The notes: generated by a model from the letters alone, not told the origin. A stretch of 64,000 bases of DNA from Octopus bimaculoides (GCF_001194135.2 NC_068993.1:56283210-56347209); one strand, 5' to 3'; positions 23,201-36,895 are shown, counted from the first letter of the stretch. Program-made: numbers and translations.

Positions 23201-25970
23201 ATTATATGCACTCCACTATGCTGATGAGTCTGGTGCAGCCCTCCAGCCTTGCCAGCCCTGGTCAAACCGTCCAACCCATGCCAGCATGGAAAACGGATGC
23301 TCAGTGATGATGATGATGTTACACTAGCTCTGCTGTTCCACTGTTATCAGTTATAACAAACTTTTGGCTTCCTTGTTTTGGCAGTAGCGGTGAACCCTGA
23401 GTCTTCCAGATTAATGGTCAGCACCGTTAGGAAACAACTTCAAGAAGAGTTTGGTAAGATTTTCTTGTTTTACTACTTTTGTTTAAGTTTTAATTTAAAA
23501 GAAGATATTTTCTAAAGTTTTTACAAATCAGTATTTACATAAAACCAAAGAAGAAAAAAAAGAAAAAGTTGATGGATTTTTAAAGATTAAGTTGGATGCA
23601 TGTGTAAAGCTGTTGATGATGATGATGATGATTGCAGTGACAGTGAAGAATTCATTCATGCATTTACTCTTTTACTTGTTTCAGTCTTTTGACTGTGGCC
23701 ATGCTGGAGCACTGCCTTTAGTCGAGCAAATCGATGCCAGGACTTATTCTTTGGAAGCCTAGTACTTATTCTATTGGTCCCTTTTGCCGAACCGCTAAGT
23801 TATGGGAACGTAAACACATCAGCGTCGGTTGTCAAGCGATGCTGGGGGGGGGGGACAAACACATACACATATATACGACGGGCTTCTTTCAGTTTCCGCC
23901 TACCAAATCCATACACAATGCTTTGGTCGGCCTGAGGCTATAGTAGAAGACACTTGTCCAAGGTGCCACGCAGTGGGACTGAATCCGGAACCATGTGGTT
24001 GGTAAGCAAGCTACTAACCACACAGCCATTCCTGCACATTTGTTTGTTTGTTTCTTTAATGTCTGTTTATTTGTGGGTTGGACAGGTACTTGCTTCATGC
24101 AGCATTCTATGGCCAGCTGCTCCTCTTGTGGCTATTCGCCAGCTGTTTATCAAGCACACATAACCAACGGAAGAGCATTGTGGGAAATGGACACTATATG
24201 AATGAACAAACGCATGCACCACTAACTCTGTGTGCACGTGTGTGTGTAAATATGTATATCCAATCATAAAATCCTGCTTCAAAATCAATTCCTGTTCAAG
24301 CTTTGCTACGATGAACAAATGGATATTGAAGAAACAAATGAATGTGCGCACACACACACACACACAAATACAGATATTTATATATGTACATTGTTCATTA
24401 TTTACATTTGACAAATATATGTCATCATCTTGTTTGTTAACACGTTTCGGATGATATACCCTCCAGCCTTCATCAGATGTCTTGGGGAAATTTTGAACCT
24501 GGGTTCTCGTTCCTAAGGTATTTTTCGATGTTGTTATTATTATTATTATTATTCAGGTCACTGCCATATGCTCACGGGCATATGGTGTAGTGGTTAAAAG
24601 CGCAGGCTACTAACCCCAAGATTCCGAGTTCGATTCCAGGCAGTGACCTGAATAATAACAACAACAACATCATCATCATCGAAAAATACCTTAGGAATGA
24701 GAATCCAGGTTAAAAACTTCCCCAAGACACCTGATGAAGGTGAAACATGTTAACAATATGTTTCAGCCGAAACATTGTGTTAACAACAAACAAGATAAGG
24801 ACAAATATCCATCAAATGTAAATAATGTAAATAATTCCTCATCTCATAAATATAGAAACTGTATTATATATGTATATGTTGTTTACAGCTTCTACAGATG
24901 GAGAAATTGATGAACTTCTGGAGGAGGCTACTTCTAAAAGATGGATGAAATCGCATCACTCGTCCTCAGAATGTGCTTTTTCTTTGGAACTGACCGATAT
25001 TCTTACAGACACAATGGACTACAAGTAAGAACCAAACAGCTCTAATTGATGTTGTTGAGTCCCAGGTCAGCTCTGATCCACCAGGCCAATAAAGACATTC
25101 CAGCTTTGACCATTCCTTTTATTGAAGCACATTATCTACAACTACATTATGCAACATGTCTTTTTTTTTTTTACTACTTTTTGCTTAAGTTGGGTTGGAT
25201 TTGAGGGATATTTGGCTGCTATTTCTAGCAGGTCTAGCGACCATGTAGCGGTACTCTCATTGGGTGGAATGCTTGTGGTCACCAGATCTAGTGCTAATAT
25301 GGAATTGTGCAATAGAGCAGTGAGCTGGCAGAATGGTTAGCATGCTGGGCAGTGCTCAGTGGTCTTTATGTTTTGAGTTCAGATTCCGCTGGGGTTTACA
25401 TTGCTTTTCATCTTCTTGCGGGGTCAATTAAATAAATATCAGCTGATCACTGGGGCTGGTGTAACTGACCTACCCCGCTCCTACAAACATGCCGGCCTTG
25501 TTCCAAAGTGTGCAAATGGCAGACACACACACGTGTAAAAAGCTAAATGTTTTTGCAGCTCTTAGTTCTTTTACATTCTGAGTTCAAATCTTCCTCATGA
25601 ATGCTTTTTTTCCTTTTTCCCATTCATTCTTTGAGATTGATAAAGTCCAATACCTTGGATGTTACAGTTAAAAACTGACTATTAATGTTATTTATGATGT
25701 ATAAATCATTTAAATATCATTGTACATGTCGTTATAATGCAGTAAAATAGTAACTTCATAAGCAATTCACTAAGGTTCTAAGTAAAGTCAAACTCAGTAA
25801 CCAAGGTCATAAGTAAAGTAATAAGTAAAGAGTTATTTTCTTTTGATGTCTAATTTTTGTTTCTATTTTCTTCCAACAGATACTGGAATGAATTTTTCTC
25901 AAAACAGAAGGAAATCTCGCGGAAATTGAAGATGATTCAAATGCAAACATCAGCTAATGGTTCAAGATGA
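20259..25970 (+). CDS. Single-RRM RNA-binding protein, about 186 aa from ATG 20286; exons 20259-20354, 22157-22245, 22628-22734, 23385-23453, 24889-25024, 25880-25970
   Basis: Six GT-AG exons with consistent phases (0,2,1,1,2). Product: MMNSKPNQVFSCHIKYLPVSVTKSQVADIFSAYDDIFEIYISERVVEQNYTFGFVRFKSQASANHAVKFVTGKTLNGQKLLVSHAKPS...EISRKLKMIQMQTSANGSR*. RNP2-like CHIKYL, RNP1-like YTFGFVRF, and a typical RRM end (LNGQKLLVSHAK). The 5' end is unresolved. Confidence 0.85.
20893..21135 (-). mobile_element. RTE-X LINE 3'-tail repeat, near-identical inverted partner of 19800-19965
   Basis: The reverse complement differs from the upstream copy at only a handful of positions over about 165 nt (by eye). 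Confidence 0.85.
22935..23125 (+). mobile_element. RTE-X LINE 3'-tail repeat, diverged
   Basis: gttggtgtttggaagggtgtccagctgtagaaacc...ccaacccatgccagcat...gttaaatgatgac. Confidence 0.7.
23664..24026 (-). mobile_element. SINE family A, full length
   Basis: Complete body and head. Confidence 0.88.
24391..24830. repeat. Fold-back: two inverted ~170-bp SINE-body arms around one tRNA-like head (24575-24645)
   Basis: The left arm ending ...ttattcaggtcactgcc (24565) is the reverse complement of ggcagtgacctgaataa... (24639). Complementarity continues through cgaaaaataccttaggaa, ccccaagac and tgttaaca. Confidence 0.85.
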
Positions 25971-26769
25971 AGGAAAGAAATGACAATGGAACTGTGGAAA
26001 ATAACAGATTGGCCTATTGTCTTTGAGAGGGCAGAGAGACTGAGATTGTCCTATTGTCTCAGAGACTGATTGGTTTTCTTTGTGAGGACAAAGAGTATAA
26101 TAGATTCATTAACCTAAAAAGAGAGAATGACAAAGTGATTCTTTGTTCCAAAGAAGGAAGAGAGAATATCAGCAGATTGAACCATTGTTCATATGTGGAG
26201 ACAGAGCATAAATCTGATCTGTTGTACTTCAGAGAGAATATGATAGACACAGCAGTTCTTCCAAGAAGAGAGAACATATTATAGAGTGACCTTTTACTCC
26301 TGAGAATGGAGAGACTATAATGGATTGAGTCATTGTCCCCAAAACAGAGACACAGAAAACAAGCTCACCAAGTGTAGCATGATCTGCAGTAGTAAGTATT
26401 ATGTCCTACAGAAGTAGATTGAGATGGGAGAAAGCTGAAGCTAGACGTGGCTGTGAGGTTCTTCATTGCAAATAGGCATATAATGGTGAGGATTAGTGAC
26501 TGTTTAATGTGGTGGAAATTGCACAGGAGAAACTGTTATATTGTGACGATACCCAGAAGGTTGTCGAAAACTTGAGTCCAGTCTATTTTCATCACAAAAG
26601 TGACCAGTTTTGTGTTAAATAGTAATAAATATATTGTTCATTCCAAACCTGTGTTATATTTTCATTAAGCTAAGACAGCATGGAGTCAGTTCTAATCCAT
26701 TTGTTGTTGATCATAATGGAGTTAATCATGTGATGTTTACTAACCACACATGCTAGCATGAATTGGAGA

Positions 26770-27200
26770 CACCTTTCCATTTACTGAGCTCCTTTGTCAC
26801 CTCTTCATGCAGTCGAGCCTCTTGAGGTCAACTTACATCATTTTTATTTCCATCTTCCTCTGGGATTGCTTGACACATTTTTTTATCCAGTTATCATCAT
26901 TCACACACTTCACATGTCCATAGCAGCTCAGTCGTCTCTCTTGCCCGTTACACAGATAGTTCTACCAATACTCAGGTTGTGCTTGTTCACATATCTTGTG
27001 GAACATGCCTAATTTTTTTTCCACCCTTTACTTACGTGCCACATTCAAAACGTTGTGTTTCATAACCATGGAATATCATAATTTGTACAGAGGTGTCATA
27101 CAATCTACCTTTCATTTGCAAACAGAATCTCTTCCTTACCAGCATCAGTAAAAGTTTCCTGGAATTTTTCCACTCCATTCTTACTCTGGCAGCTATATTT
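26770..27200 (-). mobile_element. Degenerate RTE-X-like LINE ORF2 C-terminal fragment
   Basis: AARVRMEWKNSRKLLLMLVRKRFCLQMKGRLYDTSVQIMIFHGYET resembles ARxRxGWKKFRELLPLL...KGRLYxACVR...HGSETW. A frameshifted RRLxxYGHV-like segment follows. Confidence 0.7.
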
Positions 27201-27208
27201 TCTGAGCA

Positions 27209-27410
27209 GCGAGCTGGCAGAATCATTAGCACGCCGGGTGAAATATTTAGTGGTATTTCGTCTGTCTTTATGTTCCAAGTTCAAATTCTGTTGCGATCCA
27301 CTTTGCCTTTCATCTTTTCGGGGTCGATTAAATAAGTACCAGTTATACACTGGGGTTAATGTAATCGACTTAATTCTTTTGTTCTTGTTTGTCCCCTCTA
27401 TGTGATTAAG
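27209..27410 (+). mobile_element. tRNA-derived SINE, family B; other copies at about 425-600, 3225-3412, 7560-7900, 11295-11500, 11948-12136, 25320-25520, 28070-28236, 49083-49342, 50150-50300, 56850-56960, 58190-58375
   Basis: gcgagctggcagaa...agcacgccggg...gttcaaatt...ttgcctttcatc...ggggtcgat...aagtaccagt recurs throughout the window. Confidence 0.8.
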
Positions 27411-27714
27411 TGGTTTATCAAAATAATCTCCCCCAAAATAGACAACTATAAAGTACAAAACAATTAATTATCCATCACATTTTAATGTTGTCAGGTGTTT
27501 TATTAACATAACAATATTAGTACAGCTCTCTTACTGTCATCTCTTGTTTGACTCCATCCCCACCAGCTGCTCCTCCTCCTCGGTGCCTCGGACAAAATAC
27601 TAATTAATAGGGCACAAGATGTTTTGGAGAGTTTGTTTTTTTCTTCTATTTTGTTTGAAAAATGAAATTGTCTTTAAATAATAGTTGTCTTCATTATTAT
27701 CTTCCTCCACTTCT

Positions 27715-27827
27715 TCATACAGCATCTTTCTTGTTCATAGGTTCACTATCGTCATCATGCGAGTTGCTGCTGAGAACCTCTCTAATGCGGCTAACCAGAC
27801 CATCGTCGTCGTACATTGATCGGGACC
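27715..27827 (-). CDS. DNAJA3: DNAJA3 alternative terminal exon B ([37 protein letters not shown])
   Basis: Long polypyrimidine tract and ttctgtag| acceptor, phase 1, open to [13 protein letters not shown] resembles the [11 protein letters not shown] motif of exon A. Confidence 0.65.
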
Positions 27828-30800
27828 CTACAGAAAAAAAGAAAAGAAAAACAAAATAAAAAAAAACTGTATGCACAGCATAATTAATACCCCCCACCGG
27901 CTTATGTAACACCACCATTCTCCCACTAATACTGAAGTTACCCTCAATTAACTTAGCCCGAACTACAACACTTTGGTATCGACCACCTGATACAAGTGCT
28001 AAACAAGAGAGAGAGAACTAGTAAACTTCCATATGGGCCACCAATACCAGCAGAAATCTGACATATAAGTCGGCGAGCTGGCAGAAACGTTAGAAAAGTC
28101 TATTACATCGACCCCACTGCATAACTGGTACTTGTTTAATCATCCCCCGAAAGGATGAAAGGCAAAGTCGACCTTGGCGGAATTTGAACTCGAAAACATT
28201 TTGCCCAGCATGCTAACGATTGCGCCAGCTCGCTGCCTTAATAAAAAAATATAATTAGATTAAAAACGGATATTTAGTGTGATTTTAGATTCACTGTCTT
28301 AATGAAAGACAGGATTGTCATGGATGGAATGGTCAGGGTTCAACAGGGATTAAACAAGAGAAATAATGAATGAAACACTGGAGTATGAAGTCCTAGGTAC
28401 ACTATGTTGCATAAGAGACTGGATGATTATTCATGGTTAATGAAGAACATGATGATGTGGTGTTCATGCTTTTTCCAAGGACATTAGTTATGTCTGTAAA
28501 TGAAGGGAAGCAGCTGTGACTGGGAGATGAAATTGGAAATAGTAAAGCTTGTGCGATGAAGAACTGCACTTTGTTAAAAACTAAGTTTTCCAAAAGTTGA
28601 TACTCTATATTTACACCCATCTCACTATACATACCCACCCTATCACCATGGATAGGGCCATCTACAAGCACACATACCCACAAATTAATTTCAACCTGAC
28701 CTACAACCCTGTTTATTTTTCCTATGTCACACCTGTCTCTATATGAAATACTGGAAAATTTTAGGTGCTATTGAAGAGGTGTGACAGGGGCCAAGGGCTA
28801 ACACAAAGCAATGACTGAAAGGCCCCTTTACCGACAAGTGATAATGCTAACAAGCAACAAGAGAGAAAGGGAGAGAGAGAGACAGATGAAGTTTGAAGGT
28901 GAAAGTTGAAAACGAACCCGGGTACTGGAGGTCAGGCTAGGTAACATCTAGTTAACCAAATATTTTACGTTTCAATTTGCCTAGAAAACCATTATCATGA
29001 TCATGATCGTCATTAGATGAGGGACTAGATTTAGGGGCTGATCCCTTTCCTGATATATTTTCTGTGTTTTCCTTCTTATCTGAAAAGAGAGGAAGTGCAC
29101 AGAATTATTTATGTTATTGGTATTAATGTGAACAAGTTCGTGTTTAGTAACGGGAGGAGGACTATATATAAAAAAATTTTTTTAAATTTAAAAAAAAAAC
29201 TGCAAAGTGCTAATCATGCAAGGGAAAGTGGGGGTAGTATTGAACACCTGATTGATTTATTGAGACAATGAGTGTGATGATCATAACATCTACTTTTCCA
29301 TGCTTGCATGGGTAGAGTTTTCTACATCTGGATGCCTTTCCTGATGCAAACCCTCACCTGTTTCAAAGCAAGGTAGTAACCTTCCAGTCTAATGAATAAC
29401 AAGCAACATGAAAAGGGTTGCAATTAAGAACATGTTGCACAGCCTTTTGTTCAGAAAGGTTGTACAACATGTCAAGAAGCTTGGACATATTTGCGGTGGA
29501 CTGCAAGCAAACAATACGGTCGATAAGAACAGTGAGGTTTCTGTTTACAGTTGGAGAACGTGTGAAGACGAGGGGAAATATGAAGGCATTCACTCTTTCT
29601 CTCATGGTGCTGGGGTCATGTAAAAAGCACCCAGTACATTCTAAAGTGGTTGGCATTAGGAAGGGCATCCAGCTGCAGAAGCCATACCAAATCAGACAAT
29701 GGAATCTGGTGTGGTTCCTGACCTTGCTTGCTCCTGTTAAACTGTCCAACCCATGCCAACACGGAAAATGGATGTTAAATGATGATGATGGGGATCACAC
29801 ATACAAAGAGCATCTTCAGTTTCCATCTACCAATTTTATAAGTTTTTTTTTTTTTTCCATGTCACTTCCACATGATTACAGCTGTTTCATGACCTTCTTC
29901 ATGTAATATTATTAATTTCAGTATCCAAAATTATAATACATATTTACATCAATAACGTTGCTATTATGCAAAACTGTGTGTGCGCATATAACCTCTCACC
30001 TGGAAAACAGCACATTCTGAAAAATGTTGCTTTTTCAGAAAACAAAAAAATAGTTTCACCATTCCATTTCTTTTTACATTAGCAACAGTTTCAGCTTAAC
30101 AATAATACTTTGTTGGGTGCATTTTGCCATTTTGGTGGCAAACTGCAATCTAGAGTATTCAGTGACATCAGTTTGTTGTATTGGGCATACCACATAGTAG
30201 GGTGGAGGGTTGACATGGGTCAGTAACTTGATCTTCGTTTGGTGAAGTATTAACATCAACAGTTTTTATGTGAGAATAAGTAAGAGCATGTGGCCTAGTG
30301 GCTAGTGCACTGCACTTATGATCGCCAGATCATGGGTTCGATTTCTGCACTGAGCAGCAGGTTGTGTTCTTAAGCGAAACACTTCATTTCCTGTTACTCC
30401 AGTCCAGTTAGCTGTAAATGGATAATCCTGTGACGGAATAGCCTTCCAATTTGGGGAGGAATGTTGGCCTGCTCACCCAGCCAGTGAGATGGCATCATTC
30501 GAAAACGAAAATGATTTGAAGCGCATTGTGACCAGTGATGTATAACTTTGCTGGTCACTAAGTTACATTCGATAGTGTGGCTGATACTGCAATATAATAG
30601 TGTGAAATGTATAATATATGCATGTGTATGCACACGCACACACACAGAGATAAGCAAACCAAATCTTGACTAAAGCAATCCCAGTTTTAAGTCAGTCAAA
30701 CATTAACACGACTAAATCATTGCTATACTCCAAGATAGGAAGGTCTGAATCTGGCAATGAACCCCCTCTCTCTCATTATCCCCTCAACAGACAAATGAAT

Positions 30801-30904
30801 TCATTGACAACCATAATGAAAGTCTAAAAATCCAAAGAGTTATCCATCTAAATGGTATATCAATCACAAAAGCGTCCGTATAAATGTTATATAGACCAAA
30901 GATT

Positions 30905-30974
<70 letters not shown>

Positions 30975-33900
30975 GATATATAAACCATGAAGCTCTGATA
31001 CAACATACTTGTCTGTATGAATGATATACAGACTACAAAATGGTCTCTGTAAATGGTGTAGAGATCACAGAATTTGTTTGTAAAAAATGGTATTTAGACC
31101 AAAGACTTGCCCATCCCCAACCATTAAAAAAGAAAGAGATTTTTGTTTTTTTACCATTAACAAGAGAAAAAAAGCAAAAAGAAAGCAAATAACTAAGTAT
31201 CCATATAATTCTTTTGTCATGATTTTGCTTAAGATTGATTAAGCATGGCAATTTCTGTCTCTTATCCTTACTCTGTAAGAAACACTGAGCCAAACGGTAT
31301 ACAGACCAGAGATGTCTCTATGTACGATATATAAGACCACAGACTTGTTAAACTAAATGGTATAGTCCACAGAGTTGTCTAAATGGCTTGTGTACCAAGG
31401 TCTTAACTGACAGAAAGATATAAAGGTTTTAGACCTATCCAGTGAAAAAGTGTATACACAACAGACTTGTTTAACTGAATGGTTTAGAAAACAGACTTAT
31501 CAAACTGAAGGGTATAGACCACAAGCTTGTCTAACTGAAGGGTATAGACCACAAGCTTGTCTAACTGAAGGGTATAGACCACAAGCTTGTCTAACTGAAG
31601 GGTATAGACCACAAGCTTGTCTAACTGAAGGGTATAGACNNNNNNNNNNNNNNNNNNNNNNNNNNNNNNNNNNNNNNNNNNNNNNNNNNNNNNNNNNNNN
31701 NNNNNNNNNNNNNNNNNNNNNNNNNNNNNNNNNNNNNNNNNNNNNNNNNNNNNNNNNNNNNNNNNNNNNNNNNNNNNNNNNNNNNNNNNNNNNNNNNNNN
31801 NNNNNNNNNNNNNNNNNNNNNNNNNNNNNNNNNNNNNNNNNNNNNNNNNNNNNNNNNNNNNNNNNNNNNNNNNNNNNNNNNNNNNNNNNNNNNNNNNNNN
31901 NNNNNNNNNNNNNNNNNNNNNNNNNNNNNNNNNNNNNNNNNNNNNNNNNNNNNNNNNNNNNNNNNNNNNNNNNNNNNNNNNNNNNNNNNNNNNNNNNNNN
32001 NNNNNNNNNNNNNNNNNNNNNNNNNNNNNNNNNNNNNNNNNNNNNNNNNNNNNNNNNNNNNNNNNNNNNNNNNNNNNNNNNNNNNNNNNNNNNNNNNNNN
32101 NNNNNNNNNNNNNNNNNNNNNNNNNNNNNNNNNNNNNNNNNNNNNNNNNNNNNNNNNNNNNNNNNNNNNNNNNNNNNNNNNNNNNNNNNNNNNNNNNNNN
32201 NNNNNNNNNNNNNNNNNNNNNNNNNNNNNNNNNNNNNNNNNNNNNNNNNNNNNNNNNNNNNNNNNNNNNNNNNNNNNNNNNNNNNNNNNNNNNNNNNNNN
32301 NNNNNNNNNNNNNNNNNNNNNNNNNNNNNNNNNNNNNNNNNNNNNNNNNNNNNNNNNNNNNNNNNNNNNNNNNNNNNNNNNNNNNNNNNNNNNNNNNNNN
32401 NNNNNNNNNNNNNNNNNNNNNNNNNNNNNNNNNNNNNNNNNNNNNTAACTGAAGGGTACAGACAACAGACTTGTCTAACTGAAGGGTACAGACAACAGAC
32501 TTGTCTAACTGAAGGGTACAGACAACAGACTTGTCTAACTGAAGGGTACAGACAACAGACTTGTCTAACTGAAGGGTACAGACAACAGACTTGTCTAACT
32601 GAATGGTACATAAGCCACTAGACCCTGACTTGTCTATATCAATACTAGACAACAAGCGTCTAATTCAATTTCCAGTCCATATATTTACACTCGACCAAAC
32701 AAAATCATAAGAAACCAGAGCTTAAATGTTACCCAACTAAACAATAGAGTCCAAAGAACGATAAAGAGCTAGGGTACTTACCAGAGGTAGTTTTCACTAC
32801 TTCATTTATGGTACCATCAACACCTTTTTCATTTTCAGCGTAGGCAAGTAAGAGAGACTTTTGTGATTGAGTTAACGATCTGTAAGAGACAACAGTCAAA
32901 ATATTTTATTTAGGTACAGGCACTAATATTCAGGTCTTCTACACCTTCATCGACAGTAACAACAACAATAATAATGATAATCAATATTATAAAAAAACTA
33001 GATCATGCATTCACTGTCACTACTTCCATCATAGATGTTAGCAGTGTGGGAGGCAAGTTGGATGTAGGTATAAAGAGAACACAATTCTTCGCACATGGTC
33101 AGATGTATGTTGCATTATCAAAAGCATCAAGAAAAGGAAATATAAAAATATTAACTGAGATAAATGAAAAGGGGTCCATTTGCTGACAAGTTGTGTCTGC
33201 AAAAAAAGATTCTACAGTGATGTGAGACATTCATTACTCTCTTTTAATTGAAACGTATTTAAGTTTCTTTTTAATTGCTATGAAAGGGACACTAGAAACA
33301 CTTAAGACATCTATAAGTGAATATAATGAAACAACAATATAGCAAAACTCAACTCTTCATATTGGTAAATGTAATTCATTGATTCCAACTAGAGAATCTA
33401 TTTTCAAATTCACTCAAGTGAAGAATTCATGAACATTTTCCATTGACAGTCTCATCTCTTTCCCAATTTTCATTATCGTATTTTTTAAATGTATCATGGA
33501 TTATTTTACTGATTACGGAAAAAACTATAACAGAGTCTTTGTTCAATTCATGAGCACTTTGTCAATTTACTCTATAATTTATGTGATCCTCCGACTGTGA
33601 GTCCACTGCCCTAACCACTGGACCATTTCGCCTCCGCTAGTAATAATAATAATAGTAAAATTTATGTATACTTACTTAGGTATAGAAATATGTATATGCA
33701 CAATATGATCACCAAACCCTGAACTGTTCACTCTTGATATTCCTTTCCTTGGTAGTCTAATATAATCATGTGACTGTGTTCCTGCTGGGATCTGGGACAA
33801 GAAAAGAAGAGAACCTCAGGTGAATCAAACAGGACGGAAGGTGGGTGGGAGCTAGATGGACATTCCAGCATTTTATCAAGGTTAAGAAGAGGGTGGTTTC

Positions 33901-36839
33901 TAGTGGGGTGGTGCATAATTATTGCAGCCTTTTTTCAACAAATTTTATTCAACAAAAACAATAACAATATTTAACAAAAAATATCTTTAAATGACGGTCT
34001 GGCAGTCTGCCAAGCAAATGGGAAGCAGTAATTGAAGTAGATGGTGAATATGCTCCAGAATAATCGTTTAAAGATGTTTTAGTTACATGTTATTGTTTTT
34101 GTTGAATAAAATTTATTGAAAAAAAACCCCAATAATTATGCACCCACCCAATATATTATTCGTTTCTCTTGCCATTCCAACCCCACCAACATCAGATCAT
34201 ATAAGTGTCATTGATGAGCTAAACTATGAATGACTTACATCCTCAACCACAGACCTTCTTTATCATCATCCTCATCATCATCTAATGTCCACTTTTCCAT
34301 GCTTGCAATGGTCAGATGGAATTCGTCGAGGCAGAATTCTTGTTCTCAACCCTCACTTGTTTTGAAGTAAGATATTTTCCCATAGCTAGACATGTTTTTC
34401 ACAGAAGACTAGAAACGAACAACCTTGCTTAGAACATGATGACAAGACAAGGGCACACACACACACACATACACATCATATATATATATGAATGATAGGC
34501 TTCTTTCAGTTTCCTTCTAGCAAATTCACTCCCAAGGCTTTGGTTGTCAAAGGTGCTGTGCAGTGGGACTGAACCCAAAACAACATGGCTATGATGCAAG
34601 CTCCTTAACCACACAGCCACCCCTATGCCTTTGAAACTTAAAACATCACACATATCCAATAACCCCTCAAGTCAATGCAGGATGTCAGTGGCTGACATCC
34701 AGTCCTTAACTAAGACACTTGTTTACCTAAAAAGTTGCAAAAGTCTTTCACTCAAGAAATACTGGTTGGGGCAAAAAGAATCCCCCCACACATACACACA
34801 TTAAAGAAAGTGATAAAAATGTCTCTAGTAATCACTGGATGACTTACTTTCAGTGAGAGTGTCTCATAAATTCCTTGGATCTTCTTGGAACCACCTAGAA
34901 CTGCCTGTGATAAACTGATGTGAACATTACTGTGAACATCAGCACCATCACGCCAAAACTGTTTACTTTTGGAAACCTGAAACATAACATTACAGATAAG
35001 TAGTGGTAGTAGTAGTAATAGAAGTGGTGGTAATTCTAATTCTAAGCTTTCCATGTTCCCAAATGGTTAAGAAATTTGATTCCCAGCTATGAATCCCTTG
35101 GTCCATCCCCACCCAGCATGGTTGGTGTCTTGAGTTCATATCTCCCAATACAGCTTCCAATCAGTCACATGATTCTAGATGCAAGAAGAGGGAATCGTTG
35201 ACCGAATCAAACCTGTAAAGTGTTGACATTTGTCACCAGGGAGATAAAAAAAACCAACTGATTTACACATGGCAAGAGAGATTTTGGAAGCCAGGTTGTA
35301 GATTATTGAAGCTATTTCAATATTTGACTAGTGCTTATTTTAACAGGCCCTGGAATGATGAAAGGCAAAGCTGGTCTTGGCAGGCTTGAACTCAGTATTA
35401 AACATAAAATTGAGTTACACTCTTCTATGTGCAGTACTGGTTTTGTCATTTCACTGCTCTCTGATTTTGGTACATAAGAGAGTTTACAGTTAATTAATAC
35501 TGACCCCAAGGCATGACTGGTATTTATTTTTACTGAACCTGGCAGAATTTGCTTTCAGAATGTAAAAGAATGTAATAACTAAATACCACATGGGGTCTAG
35601 TACAGAACTCTACATGTTCTGCTAACCACAACAACACACCTACTACAGCCACCACCAAGAGTGACTAATGTCAAAACAAAAGTTCCAATGAACTCACCTT
35701 AAATGTAATGAAAATTTCCTGAGTCCCAACTGACATCCGTACCGTTTGACCATCTTCCACACCTGAGGACAAATACATTACAGTCATTTGTTTTGCTTTA
35801 CATTCAGTTTTTTTTCTGTGTTAGTGAAGAAGAAGCACTCCATCGGTTACGACATCAAGTGTCCCAGCTGATACAATTAATGGAACAGCCTGCTCATGAA
35901 ATTAACGTGCAAGTGGCTGAGCACTCCACAGACACATGTACCCTTAACATAGTTCTCGGGGATATTCAGCGTGACACAGAGTGTGACAAGGCTGGCTCTT
36001 TGAAATACACGTACTACTTATTTTTGTCAGCTGAGTGGACTGGACCAATGTGCATCGCTGGGAACTGAACTCACGACCTTATGATGAGGCGAATGCCCTA
36101 ACCACTAAGCCATGCACCCTCACGAGTTAGTACAGGTTACATGAATATATATTACTGAGGAAGTGTTTTACAGCTGGAGACCCTTCCTGTTGCTAACTTT
36201 TGTTTTTCAAGTAAAGGATTCTGTTGCCAGGGAAATGTCAATAAGTCTCAGCACTTGTAAACAGTCATTTACGTTCAGTTTCCATCTACCAAATTCACTC
36301 ACAAGCCATTGGTTAGTCTGAAGTCACAGTAGAAGGCACTGACACAAAATGCAACTGAACTGGAAACCAAACAGACTTCTTAAATACAGCCATACATGGA
36401 GCTCCAGCATGGTCTCAGTCAAATGACTGAACCAAAATAATAAAAGAACACACACACACACACACATATAGGCAGACTGAAACGGTAGAATTTGAAGTGG
36501 TCTGTGCTGGCAAGATTCAGTTTATAAAATTCAAAAGACAGAAAATACTCAGAGTTAAATAGTTTTGTAAGGGACTATAATACTATCCTTATATATGAAA
36601 CTCCCACATTTTTTAAACCTAATTTTTGACAAAAAAGGGTTCCTTATACACATTAAAATATGGTACATATGATTAAGGAATTGTTTAAAGCTGGATGCCC
36701 TTTCAAGTAAGGGATTACCTCACTTGTCTTTGAAAGGGTAGAATTACTTGGTAATTTGTTAACTGGGAAATTCAACGAATGGGATCATCCACACCAGTCA
36801 ACTATCAATTCTTGAAATCCAAAGCCTAAAACAACAACA

Positions 36840-36895
<56 letters not shown>

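Noticed and set aside
24575-24650. tRNA-like sequence with A and B boxes
   Set aside because: The acceptor stem does not pair and it runs into a repeat body, so it is a SINE head. The same applies to 30285, 51778 and 57958.
31255-31293. Possible very short DNAJA3 stop exon (ttcttacag|AG TAA), Tid1-short-like
   Set aside because: Only a generic acceptor within degenerate minisatellite flank; no coding evidence.
31450-32655. Long ORFs in the track with repeating decapeptides
   Set aside because: These are translations of the 30-bp minisatellite and of N runs. The same applies to all X-filled ORFs at 17.1-17.9, 19.1-19.8, 48.2-49.2, 53.1-53.8 and 59.5-60.4 kb.
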